Below, piece after piece: positions 1 to 13,919 of a stretch of DNA of 64,000 nt (positions are counted from its first letter, which is position 1; the number at the start of each line of letters is the position of its first letter). The stretch is from Tubiluchus corallicola (Eukaryota > Animalia > Priapulida): positions 343,673 through 407,672 of the forward strand of contig JAQGDQ010000197.1 of the NCBI GenBank assembly GCA_030141605.1, read 5' to 3'. The translations under genes were made by a program, and so were the position numbers. The notes under the pieces are model-generated. The model did not search any database. It was not told the DNA's origin and worked only from the letters and a program-made list of their open reading frames with translations.

Positions 1-152
1 GCAAGAACATCCTTCTTTAGGTATACTGAGGTGCGCGTATTGAGAAGTAGAAAATCAATAGCACCGTTCGCACCAACGAGAAGATACGCGACACGTCCTG
101 AATCTTCTAATTATTTCACACCTTTTAAGACATTGTCTTTTTGTACCCCATT

Positions 153-530
153 CAGGGCTGGATTATCGTATTAGCAGGTATAGGCTGCGGTCTAGGGCCC
201 TCAAATTTAGGGAGCCCTCAAGTTGTGGTAACAGTTGGTAGAAAAAATCTGTTTTTCGCTATGGTTGTGTTGAAATATGTGCTAATTTGGTTTGCAGTAA
301 GTAGTAAAAAAGTAGTAGTTCTTGAAGAGTGTTTTTATTGAGAAACAAAAGAGTGTTCTAGTTTGCTTAAGTAATTTCGCTATGTGAATGTCGCTAAAAT
401 GTACAGCGAGTAAAAAATATTCAATACGGGTGCGAGCGAGTTAGAGAGGATGGCTCCGTCTAATAATTTCATTAGCCTAGGGCAATAATTTCATTAGCGT
501 AGGGGCCCCAAAAGCTCATAATCCGGCCCG
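153..530. mobile_element. Non-autonomous hAT-like MITE
   Basis: Ends CAGGGCTGGATTAT ... ATAATCCGGCCCG form an imperfect TIR; flanks accccatt/acccgagt resemble a decayed 8-bp TSD. A related copy lies at ~20497-20985. Confidence 0.6.
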
Positions 531-3500
531 ACCCGAGTTTACGTTACATGCAGATACACTGTATTTGGACTTAGTTTACTTCTGTGTCCTTATAAGACAC
601 TGTCAGTGTCCCCGAATGCAATGAAAAGTGCCTGGCCAGAGCCATCAGCCTAATAAACACATACACGACATAATGCCCTGTTTACATTACAAAATTAATA
701 CGGGTTCTGAAGGTATATAGCTTCTGTGATTACACAAGGACCTAATCACTGAAAGTCCAATACCCATAGTGGTCTACTGCAGGGAGAGTATTTTCTCATA
801 AGAAAACGTTGAATGCCCGTGTAGTCCCAAATAATTATTTTTATTTGTTACAGAAGCTTTCACGTTAGCGGACTTCATAAACTAAAAAAATTACAGATAA
901 AATGTTAAAAACAGTATGTACCAGAGTGAAACAAGAATATTAAAAGCAAAAATTGTAGCTAAACGTCACTGCTTTAAAGTACAATGACTGCATAGGAATT
1001 TTCTGCCTAATGTAAACGGGCAAACCTGTGCTCCTTTACAGAACTGGTTTCGCGGTATGTTTAGTAATAGTAACAACTTCAAATTTTGACTTTTTAGTTC
1101 CACAAAGTAATGTAAACTTAGGCCCCACGCAGACATGCCACAGACTAAAAGTTGCAAAATCTTTAAATAAATGAAACCCACGAGAGTTTTGCGCAGACAT
1201 ATGCAATTGCGAAACTAAAAGTTGAAGTCTGGGCTCAAAGTTTTAGTAGAACAACTGTTTTGAAATGCATACTGTTTTCAACGAGCGTGCGCAGACATGC
1301 AATTTTTAATTGCGCAACATTTAACCAACACGTTAGTTAAGCTTAAGAAGACGGCAGCGTCATATCAAGAATCGCCAATAAAGGTATAAAAGAGAAATTA
1401 AAAGAGAAACAAATAATGAACATAAATAATTCTTACCGTCTTTGCTATCATCTTTTACGAGATTTAGCGACAAATTTAGAAAAGGGAGATCAAAATGTGA
1501 AATTTTTGAAGAGAACAGTGCATGCGACCACGTCTCAGTACAATCAACACATTTCTGTTTTTCCACTGCTGATTTTTTTCCTACTACTTTTTTCACAACC
1601 TGTGATTGTATTTTTGTATTTCTGCGGTGTGGAACACTTCCAGCCTGGAAGTTATAGGGGAAACTCTTTTCCTCCTCACAATCCTTAAAAATCAGGAACA
1701 AAAGCATAGTAGCATCTTTTGTTCGGTGTTTTTCTACATTGTGATATATTTGGTGTTATAGGGTTATGATGCATTCTGTCTAATGCTGATAGAAAGAGTC
1801 TATTACTAAGCAATTAACTAACTAAATAAAATGAACTGAAATTGAATAAAAGGTAAATAAAAGTTAACGAAAACTGCGTTAAACTCGTGATTCGTCCTGC
1901 GGCTACTGATCTGGTTGATCACGTATTTGTATTGTGTTAGTTATATTATGTTTACATTTTATTTTTGTATTGTTTTTATTTACATTATGATTTGTATTGT
2001 ACGTATTGTGCCTTGAAACCTGACAGACTGTGACATACGCAGTGATTCTGAATGTTAGCTGTATACCTGTCATATTCTCCTGAAGTGAGGCTAGTCATTT
2101 AACTGCACATCCTCTGCTACTATCGCTTAGTGTATGAAGAGCATTACCTCTTGATTAAACTTGTTGCTGTACTGTTCCTTCACAAGTACACAGTTATGGC
2201 ACACAGGCTTACAAAAACGAGATGAAGAAAAGGCATTTTAATTGAATTCAACAAACGCTTCAAATACGTTCTAAAGTTATGAACTTGCTAACCGATATGG
2301 CGCATGCAGAGTTCTTTTAATATCACTGTCTCTTATCATACGACATCACTGTCACCACATCCTTATTTTTGCAATCGGATTTCGTCTTGATCGGTATTGT
2401 GAACTTTTAACTGATTATTGGAGATTTTTCTTGTTAAGCTTTGTAAAATTTGATTAACGCTACAAAACCCATTTTATAATTTTACCATTGTTATTTTGTT
2501 AGATATGAAAAAAAGGAAAAACCTAAAATCATATATTAAAACGTTTCTTTTTGGTCTATGCGTTTCTAGCGTATAAACAAACAACCGAGGAAGTGGGATT
2601 CATCGCTGGCTGTTGACTGACTATTGCTGACAATCCGACATTGCTGACTATTCGAGGACTTCTTCGATGATATCCAGCTTTAATCACACGTCCAATTAGT
2701 TTTGGTTTGGCTCGTTATTAAGATACTACATGGGAGTATGATGGCCACTAGAGACAGCTTGCGCGCCAGTTTGAATGTCATGCATCTAGTCAATAAAATT
2801 GATTGAGTCGTTGAACAAATCTGCGCATTTGCGCGCCAGTAATGAAAAGGATTTTAGGAAAATTTTTGCGCTCTTTGCCTGAATGACAGTGAATGCTGTC
2901 AAGTGCATAATTTATGAGACAGCTGTTTGAGTACAGCAGCAAGTACTGATTCAATTTGTAAAAGCAATTTACCGTCTCTTAGTTTTTTTACGTATTTTAA
3001 ATTTGTTTAATGCATATGGATAAAGCAAAATAAAGGAGATTCTTAACTCAACGGTGTCGCGTAAAGGCGCCGTAAAGCCATACTCGGTGCTTTAAGATTC
3101 ATTCTTAGCAATTGCTATATATGTCTACATGCCAGTTATCTCTTTAGGCCGTTAAAATCAATAACTGGTTAAGTATTATTAATAGTGACAAGAGGGTTGT
3201 TGCATTTTAACGAGAAATGAAACATCATCTGTTTATTAATACGGATATGATAAAGGTAAGGAATTCGTGCGAATAACTGCATTTGCAAAAGAAGATAAAG
3301 TAAAGTAAGAAAGTAAAAACACAAAACTATTGAAATACAACAACAATAAGGTGTCAAAGTTAAAGCTTAGCATGTTGGGTTTATTTTACTGATATCACTT
3401 AAACCTGGAAAAATATAACAAAGAAATTTGTAAAAAATTGTCTATATACCATAAAAGTCATTTATACTACCGCTGTATGGAAATTTTCAGGCACGGTGGT

Positions 3501-4929
3501 AGATGCCATTTACTTGAAAATTGCGACGTAACTGATAAACTTCATAACTTTTCGTAAGCGTGTCGTGGCTTTCCGCAAGTGCTCACTGTTTAAACTGGTT
3601 CAAACTTCTGCAACTTACCTAACATTCATGAAAAAATACTGCAAAATTAACTATCTAATTTTCTTCAGCCGATGAATAACGTCATTGTTGGACGAATGGA
3701 GACTCAAAATGGGAGCGCACAAACGTGAAATGATTGCTACTTTATAGTAATTTTACTAATTGTACGAGGCGCTTATAACACTCTTATTACAAAATCTTTG
3801 TAACATTTTTCGCAACACATTGAAATAAGCCAAACTTCCCAGAATGTTTGGCTTTCCCTTTAATTTTTAATAACAGCTTTTTTACTTTGTTATGAATGCG
3901 CAAAATCTGGCCTGACAAAACTTTATGTCAGTGACTTAATTCAACTCTGTTCTTTTTTTAAATTTATAATTGACATTTTTCATAATTCACGCTGCTCTTC
4001 CCTTTTGCAAATACTCTATCTTTTTAAGTGTCTCTCCTTTAAGCCTTCTTAAGAACTGTTAAACGGAGCAGAAGTTGTTCCTAACTGATTTCTAGAATTC
4101 AACATTTGTCTTATACCTAAACATGCAAGATCAGCGCAATAGTTAGAGCGTTCAGAATAACCACACAAAAATAATTAATGCTTATCGATTCACATTCACA
4201 AATTGTCACATTCAACTTTTTTCTTTTAGTTACATTCATTTTTGCCTTATTTGATACATCCAACAAATCCGTCGTTTTTGTAAAAGTGTGTGCAGCATAT
4301 GTCATTAAAATGGAAAAAAAGAGTGAAAGCTTTATTAGTTGCATTTTTAAACTTAATAAAAATGGGAATAAGAAAACTTTTGCACGTTTTTAGCATACAT
4401 TAAATGGTACCGTGGACCCTGGCAGCGATAAAAGACATTAAACTTTGCAAGTAGAAAGCGTGTGATTTCTAGGCGTCCGTGAAGCTTAATATCATGTCCA
4501 TAGTGTGGATTTTTTTTTAAAAATCGATTGGTAATTTTCAAGACAGTTAAGCGATTTTTAATGCACATGTTGAAGGTGTGTATTCGTGTACAATCAGAAA
4601 CCTGCCACCAATTTTTGTCAGAAAGAGTAGAGTAGAGTAGAGTAGAGTAAAGTATACTTTATTTAAAGTCAGATCATACAAACTATAAACATAAGCTATG
4701 AAGTTATTGCAATCGACTGATAAAAATATACCTATAAAATACACGCCTAATAACAAAAAACGCACTAAAAAGCGGAAGTGACATCCTTTGCGGGCGGAAA
4801 ACTTCGTGTTGACGTAAGCTCTATAGATTTTTGTTTGTCAAATCACTAAGCCTAGGATTACATACAAATCACTAAGCCCTAGGCCCTGTAACACATAACT
4901 GAAACTAAATGCGTGCTCAAAAAAATTAT

Positions 4930-6275
4930 ATTTTTATTTATTTATTAATGATACATCTGTGAACTGAAGTCAAGAGACTTATATGTCCATTAAAAACATC
5001 GTAAAATTTTCATCGACAATACATAGAATGTAAAATTACAACTAAAAGTACAAAATACATAGTACATGGTTAGTACAATATAAACACACAAGTACGTGCA
5101 AATAAATTAGAAGTGCAAATAAAAAGATGAAAAATTGATTAGTACGATAAAATTGTATAATTATGGTAAAAAAATTACATCTTACATCATTTATCAAATC
5201 ACACATTTTCTAGTAAATATTTTTTGAACGTTTCTTAAATTTATTTTTATTACTGACCTGTTTTATTTTACTGGGTAAATTATTCCACATTACAGCACCA
5301 TTATACATGACAGAATGTTTGATAACGTTGGTTCTACACTTAGGAATATGGAATTTGTGGTATTGTCGAGTTTGGTATGAATGTATACTGCTATTATAAC
5401 TGAAAAAATGTGATACATATTAAACGAAAGATTATTAACGTATTTGTACATGAACAGGTTAGTTTGCATGTCGACTACCTTGGGCGTTGTCAGTATTTTT
5501 AAATTTTTGAAGAGATTTTCGGTGTGAGCTATGTAATGCGAGTGCGTCATTAGACGGATGAGCTTTTTTGAACTGTTGATAATCTTTCTGAGGTATCTGC
5601 ATACGTATTACTCCATACTATACTGCAATAATCAAAGTAAGGGTGTGCAACCATATAATACAGCTGATTATAAGTAGATAAATCTAAAATTTTATAACAT
5701 TTTTTGAAAATTCCAAATATTTTACTAAGTTTTGAGCAAATGTGGTCGATGTGTTTTTTCCAAGATAAAATCTCATCCAAAACAAAACCTAAAAATTTAA
5801 CTTCTTTAACATGACTGATAAAAACACCATCGACATGAATCTGACAACTCTTTCTAAGATATCTTTTCTTTTTTCCAGTAAAAATTATAAAATTTGTCTT
5901 TTTTCCATTTAAACTTAATTTATTGGCCTTAGACCGATTCGATGGTAACATTAGTTCCTGATTAACGATTTCACAAAGAGAATAAACATTTTTATCAAAT
6001 AAGATGAAATATAAATGTCATCAGCAAATATTACCGTAAATAATTTTTTCGAAGCAGTTGCTAAATCATTGATGTAGATTAAAAACAATAGTGGTCCCAA
6101 AATAGAGCCCTGTGGGACACCACATACACTACACACGTCTAGTATTTATTATAGTAAACAAATTGTTTTCTATCACTTAAATAACTTTTAAGCCATTTGT
6201 AGCATATTCCTCTAATCCCATAAAAAGTCGATTTTTCTAGTAAAATTTGATGGTCGACAGTGTCAAACGCCTTCG
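4930..6275 (-). mobile_element. Decayed, 5'-truncated CR1-group LINE (reverse transcriptase fragment)
   Basis: Frameshifted ORFs contain [36 protein letters not shown] and KFLGFVLDEILSWKKHI; (AATA)n-like 3' tail near 4930-4948. Confidence 0.85.
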
Positions 6276-6763
6276 TGTATCTTGTAGACATAAATGCACA
6301 AAAATGAAGGTTACTCTGGCTGAGTAATGGTAAACGTATAGCCATAAAAAGTCGTTGCATAACAAAGTGACAGAGCATCAAACAAGCAAGCAGCCTATAA
6401 TTCTCTGGATGATATCATTTTCTCAAGACCGCTAATGAAGTATTCATTGGATCAAATCAAGATGGTATTCAGTATTTTGATGGAAAGAAGTATTCAGTAT
6501 TTTGGATTCATAGAAGCTGCGTGTAGCGGTTCTATGATCTATTAACGGAATAGTAACGAATCTACTAACTAAACTGATGTAGTACGATACAAAGGCTAGT
6601 AGAAAGCCTCTCTTTCATGTCAGAAATACGGCAGGATGGCGCTTTATCAATAGGATACCACACCACTTTATTAATTTTGGGCTACTCCGTTTCTGTTTGA
6701 AAATTCGAAACCATCCCCAGGCAAAGGGACCAAACTAAAATGTAAAAAACAAGCAAATTAAAC

Positions 6764-6882
<119 letters not shown>

Positions 6883-7399
6883 GATAGCTTATTATTTTGT
6901 TGCAATGCTGTAATTGTTATACTCAATAAGTGAACAAATTAAGATATTTATATACCTATATAATATTATATCAATCGTGCCGCTTCTTATGTTATGACTG
7001 AGTTGTTCATAAAATTTAGTCATAAATGTAGCAAATCATCAAATAAATGTAACGCACGCTCTTTAACGGACGGGTGGTTACCCTAACGCCAGTTTTTGGG
7101 TCTCTGTTGTTTAAAACTCCAATTTTAGGGTCTCCGTACTCCTAATGTTTATATGGTACATCATATATGGAAATGGTAATAACGAACAACACGTAACAAG
7201 TCCAATTTACGGCGCTCATTTTCAGGACCGAAATTAAAAAATGGCTTCATAGTACAAGTCAAGTGTTACTGGTAACAGCCATATTTGAAATGACTGGCTC
7301 TCGGTCGCCATAAAGAATAAAAAATGACCAAGAATTATGAAGCGCAAGTCTATTATTACCTGCTGACACAGAATTGGTAATTTAAATCCTAACATGGTT

Positions 7400-10375
7400 T
7401 ACAATTCGAAAAAAGATCAAGGCACGACTACCCAAATGAAGTTTTACTTGTTCGATACTTATTTCTTACAGATAAATGTCTTTTACTACAAATGCAGTCT
7501 TTTGATAAATGTTCCATACCAAATTGGATGATGGCAGAAACGGATGACATCTACGAGATTCTATGGAGATAAACTTTCCGTAACACATGCCCTATCAGAT
7601 TGCTTGTAGCATCTGTCTCGCCCTCTACTGGCCAATTCTTATTAACTAAGAGAAGACAGTGTAGTTTTTATATATATATATAATTTACAGTTTGCTGATA
7701 TATATATGCATATATATCATATAAAGTACATATAGTATATATAGTATACATACAAGTATTACCGTATCTGCATTTTAACAACAATAACAACAACACTCAG
7801 CAGAAAAAGAAACAATAAGAAAATGTTAGACCCTGTCTCAGAAGCAATACCGTTACTGAAAACTAAAAAGTCTCAGGATGCATACAGATCTATTCTGTTA
7901 ATATATAATTTAACATTGTTTGAATTTCATTATTTGGGAAATTTTTAATTGTTATTTGGCCTTCTCTTGTCCGGCGAATATATATTTATTTAAATGAATA
8001 TGTTTAAATATGTCTTATGAATGTATTGGAATTTTTCACAGTGATTAGACACTTATGAGATAATACGTATAACGCATTGTCTAAGTGCAAAAGGAGCGAG
8101 GCTTTCAGCGAGCCGCTGACAGCGCCACTAATGGCATTGTATGTGTCCGTCGACTTAATTTATGTCTTCGCTTGTAAATACATCAAGCCATAACAATAAT
8201 CATTTGAGAGCAGTGTGAGTTTACTTCACGAACAATCGAAGCATTTTAAAAAAAGCTGGCAACGTTGTGTGTGCAATACGACTTTTGTGTTCTCCTTTAT
8301 CGTACCTTAATGTAATTCCTAGTTTATAAAACTTATACCTTACCTTAGACCTTAGTCCTTCCTGCGCATTGATGCACATTGGGCAGACAGCATTTTCCAC
8401 TGAGTTCTATCGGCGGCTTCGTTCTCTACGTTTTCCCAACGTATGTTGACAGCTCGAAGGTCTTCTTTGAAGGATCTGCGCCACGTTGTTTTTGGCCGAC
8501 CTCTTTTTCGTTTCCCACCAGGTGGTTCCCACTGTACTGCTGTTTTGGCGTAACGACTTTCTGATAGACGGAGAATATGTCCAGCCAGTTTCATTCTTCT
8601 CTCTGTAACTATATCTTGTAACCGCAATGACTGCGCTCGTTGAAGAACTTCAACATTGGTGACATGGTCGCGGTAGGAGATTTTTAGTATCTTTCGAAGG
8701 CATTTTTGGTGGAAGACGTTCAGTTTCTTTGATAACTCCGCTGTGACTTTCCAGGTTTCGCTGGCATAGAGAGCCGTTCGCAGCACAATGGCGTTGTACA
8801 GACGAAGTTTGATTTTCATGTCAATTTTCTTGCTTGTCCAGATTTTTCCCATCTTCCTAAATACTGCTGTTGCTTTGCCGATTCTCCCCCTGATGTCATT
8901 TTCTGTACCTCCATTACAGGTCATCACACTGCCCAGATATGAAAAACTGGTAACGTTCTTAACCATTTGGCCTCCCACTGTTATATGTACATCATTCTGT
9001 TGGTTTGTCCACACTTTCAAAACTTTGGTCTTTTCTTGACTAATTCTCAATCCAATAAAACTTATACGTATGTGCATAAATATGCATGGAGAGAACACAT
9101 AAGTTATAGGGCACTGTGCGTTGTACAAATGCGTATATATGTACATATATTAACTACTATGAATGCCGTCGATGAGGACAATGATTTTGTGACAGATTTT
9201 AGCTCCGTAATTTCAGTACATATTTAACACCACACAGAGACGTGCTGGCAAATTTATAGTAACCAGTCTGTTCACGTTTGGTATTAAATTAGCCTTGTCT
9301 AATTAAATTTTGTGGTGTCTTAATTGCCTAGAGTAGGTACTAACTAGACGCAACTCAATACAACTAGATACAGTCACATATTCAATTCGCCAAGTTAACT
9401 TAATTTAGTCCTTAAAGATTAATATTATACATTTCTGCTGTCGAATTGGGTCTTTAAACTAAGGAAAAAGAAGAAACAAAAAGAAAAAGATGAACACTAT
9501 TGAAACCACTGTGGTTCATTCTCAGGTGAAATATTAAGAAAGAAAAAAAATCACATGAAAATATTAAGCGTTAATTTTTTGCGTTACTAATACAAAAAAT
9601 ACCAAACTTAAAAAAGAGTGCAATCATATAGAAAGATGGAGGAAACACACTAAATGAAAAGAAGGAAAAGCACAGAAGCGTAAAATAAATGGCCTCAATG
9701 ATAAATTTTGAGCCTCACTTGAATTTTGGGTTCAGACACATAAGTTTTGGGTTTTACTCTAAGATGTTGGGATTGCGGCCAATAATTTTATACTTCTTTA
9801 TTTTTCTGTCGTGGTTTTTATTCATTGTGTCGCTGTGTTTTTGTACTTTGTGATTGTATCCTTTTTACGTGTGGTACTTTATGTGTTACAAACCTAAAAA
9901 ATGAACATGTTTTAATTCTTATGACTTTTTTCTTTTTATTAATCTTTCATTTGAAACTGCAATGTGGCTTGAAACGTCGCATTCTTTCTTTTTTTTATTA
10001 ATTGTACCTATTCCTGTTATTGACAATTATAGGCTAGTTGAAAGCCTCGCTCCTTTCGTACCTAGCCAATGCGTTATACGTATTGTCTCAGTAGCGTCTA
10101 ATCACTGTGAAAAAGTTCCAATGCCTTCATAATTTACAGTTTCTCTTAATTGATAATAATTAGCCAGTAGAGGGCGAGGCAGATGCTAAGCAATTCGACA
10201 TGGCATGTTTTACAGAAAGTTTATCTCCATAGAGTCACGTAGACATTATCCGTTTTTGCCATCATCCAGTTTGATATGAGATGATACATTTATCAAAAGG
10301 CAGTAGGAAATAAGTATCGAACAAGTATAACTTCATTTAATGTAGTCGTGCAACGATCTTTTTTTCAGAATTCCT
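7400..10375. mobile_element. Foldback-like element: long inverted arms (~7400-7660 plus ~8015-8108 versus ~10035-10375) enclosing a LINE fragment
   Basis: For example tcacagtgattagac...aaaggagcgaggctttca (8036-8107) is the reverse complement of tgaaagcctcgctccttt...gtctaatcactgtga (10039-10110); gccctctactgg/ccagtagagggc and tacttgttcgatacttatttc/gaaataagtatcgaacaagta also pair. Confidence 0.7.
8337..9045 (-). mobile_element. 5'-truncated RTE-clade LINE (RT thumb/C-terminal domain) with a (TAAGG)-type tail
   Basis: ORF 8352-9146 contains FSYLGSVMTCNGGTENDIRGRIGKA ... LYASETW ... GKRKRGRPKTTW. The frame is intact over ~230 aa, suggesting a young insertion. Tail taaggtctaaggtaaggt follows the stop. 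Confidence 0.88.
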
Positions 10376-13300
10376 AATTTTGAAAACCAGCCAAATTGAC
10401 GCGTACGTGGTTTTTGCTCTTGCTTTCATTCTTATCACCAATGGACTGCGCGACATTGCTTCTTGCATAATAACAGAGTTTGCATTGCAACCTATAAATC
10501 GCTTTATGGGTGTTCGGAACGGGGAATACACAGGCCGTAAAACACGTCGTTCTGTCAGATCAAGTTATAAATCTATGTCGGCCATGCAAGCGCAGAGAAA
10601 AGGATTAGAAAGATGAACCACTAGAAGCAGACACCGTCTGTTAGATCAGCTAGATTTGTTACAAATGATTTTTCCTTGACTATGCATTGCTTTGAAAGGC
10701 AAGTTCTGCGGGGCTTCAAAATCAATCTTGACGATGCCTCTAAGTAAGAAAACGGACTACAGTTGTGTATGTCTCAAGTCGAAACGGCGCTTAGCTTTTA
10801 GAATAAAACTCACTCAGAGTAAGAGTAAATGAGTTTATTTATTACCATTTATAACGACAAGAGAAGTGAATAAAAAAATTATAATTATAATTATTATTTA
10901 TATACTTTATATTACATACAACTTTTAGTAACATTAGAAATTGCACAAGTGATTATTCAATTGAGTAATTAAAGGGTGGCGAAAGAACTATATTTATCAA
11001 TGTCAGCCACCATCCCAGATATGCGACTAATAATAATAAGTTAATTAATTATTGCGGATGTATCAAGAAACATAACGTCACGAAACTTTCCTGCATTTTC
11101 TCGCATCAATGAGCTATAACAGCTTTTAACTAGCGTTTGCTGCCAAAACTAATTTGAAGTAAGACAAAAGAAATTTCATGGAAAAATAACGGAAACAGTA
11201 TCAAACTATTTTACATAGAAATGTAACTAATGTTTAATTGATCACGTTTTCCACAACATTGTAGCTGGGATTCAGCTTTGCTCCAGTATCATTTTGATAT
11301 CTATAGGCTTCTAAATAGACCAGATAATTACAGTACGTCGATATGGGCGCCAGTAAGCTTAAGCTTCCATTCTTCGCCTCGGATGTCATTGATCACACTT
11401 GTTTCAATAGCCAGTACTGATGGCAGCTGTTGGCGACCTACTTTACAAAAGGGTTAATTCTTGGTCATGCTCTTCAGTATTATATTGCTATACGAGCAGT
11501 CATCAGGCAAAAGTAGATTCCATTGTGTGATGGATTCGAAGTCACTGGCTTGCTCAATGGGCTTCCTTAAAGTTTGTATACCTTCACATACACTCATATG
11601 ATGGCTAATCTGTAAGCCCATCATATTGTTCTTACCTTGTCGTAAGTCATAAGTCATTAAATTTCACACAATACATTTGCAACAATTTTGTGTACAAAAA
11701 TACAGTGAAAAAGTCACAATGAACATTACAGTTTCTTACTGTTTCTGAACAAGAAAAGCTTTACACTACGTTTGCTGCGTTGCAGGACAATCGAAAACCA
11801 GAGCTTGTTAGATTGCCACACCCTGAAAAGTTAAAGGAGTAATGAATATAAATGGCGGTTCTTCAAATTTAATACCATTAACAAAGCAGTGCTAAAAAAT
11901 CAAAAGAAACCAGTTTTATAGTAAGTTTATAACAAAACAAATTGATTATTCGTAATTAGAGTAGGATTTTAGGTTTTAAAACCTTATATTATAGTAGGTA
12001 GACTTTAAATGGTTGATTTGCAATTGCTAGGTGCTTGCAATAATCTGGAATATCTTGACGTGACTCACGTTTCGTTGTAGAAATTCGCGTATCGTGCATG
12101 ACTTTGGCGTGACTTTGTTCTACACATATTTCCCAACTACTGTTATTGAATATCTTAAATTTCGAGCAAGCAGAGTGAAACTGTAGCAACTGTGTAATCA
12201 CTCACTGTGCAATTGTGTTTGTCGAGAACTATTGCTGTTTTGACAACTGCAGAAGATAAAACGCTCCTTCAACAACCTTTTTTGATGAAAAAGCTGACGT
12301 CGCTTGACGAATATGGATGCGACGCGCTTTTTGAAAAAATGTGAGGTTTTTTGGCTTCTTCACAAATAAAATCAGCAACATACACAATACAGTTCTGGTG
12401 ATTTAGTATTAATATTCATGTTTTAGTACTCACTGCATTCAACTGCGAAACGTTTTGTCCTCTGCTGTCCGAGCATCACAAAGCAGCAAGAATATGCTAA
12501 TCAATGCTGGAATATTACGTTTGATAAGAAGTGAAAACAGCTTGTAGAATTTAACTTTATAAAAAGTTTTCGAAGCGTAGAGAAAGCAACAATAGACAAC
12601 CAAATCATGGTTATTATAATAGAAACTCTAGAGTTTCTTTTTAAAACCATAGCGCACATAGATGTAGAAGTTTTCTTTTTCAAACCGAATGGTTGGTCAA
12701 AACTGAATATCAGATTTTCGCATTTTATTATAATTATCCAATTAAGCATTTATAGATGGATGGCAACAATGCAACGGTCTTTACTACTTAAATCGCCTCG
12801 TTGATCTTTAGGAACGGGGTAGATATTAGAGAATTTTAAATCGTCAGGGGAAATATTGAATTAACATTCATATTCATCAATAGACATAAGTGCACAAAAA
12901 TGTAAGGGGCATGTATTAAGTGATCAGACGTTAACCCAAGGTTGCCATCAGATTTAGTAGGTTTCATGGTAAATCGTGAGTGTCGATATCATCACATAGC
13001 TTAGATGATCTCTGGCATCCCAGAAAGAGGATTCTCGGAAGGAGATATACAATTCTTTAGAAAGAGGTGGAACAGGGCTACACGATGGAAGGGTCACATT
13101 TCAGGACACCTCCAAAGACAGGAGTGGCGACGAGTTGATTAGAGGTTCCGTTTTGGGCAATTCTTGCTTGGAAAACTGTTGACGCAAGCCATTGTACTGA
13201 CGTCATTCCTTTGTACTCTGATTATAATTTTGTTAAGTAAAAGCAGCTGCTGGCTGTTATAATGTAAGTTATATAATGATAATTAATACGATCAAATTAA

Positions 13301-13459
13301 TACGAGCATATTAATACGATCAAAAGGAGCAGTTTGCAAACACTATTTAGAATATCCGTGCATTACTGTTCATTGATGGATGGATCTAAGAGCTTTTGTT
13401 ATAGCATACAGTTTCAACTTTCTGCAAAATGTTTTGCAACGTTTCGCTACGATACTGTG

Positions 13460-13919
<460 letters not shown>

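Noticed and set aside
1360-1707. Overlapping 70-115 aa ORFs on both strands
   Set aside because: No recognisable motifs or splice-consistent structure; the composition fits repeat-derived AT-rich DNA.
13198-13205. CRE palindrome TGACGTCA (also at 26501-26508)
   Set aside because: One or two 8-mers in 64 kb is compatible with chance, and no TSS is known.
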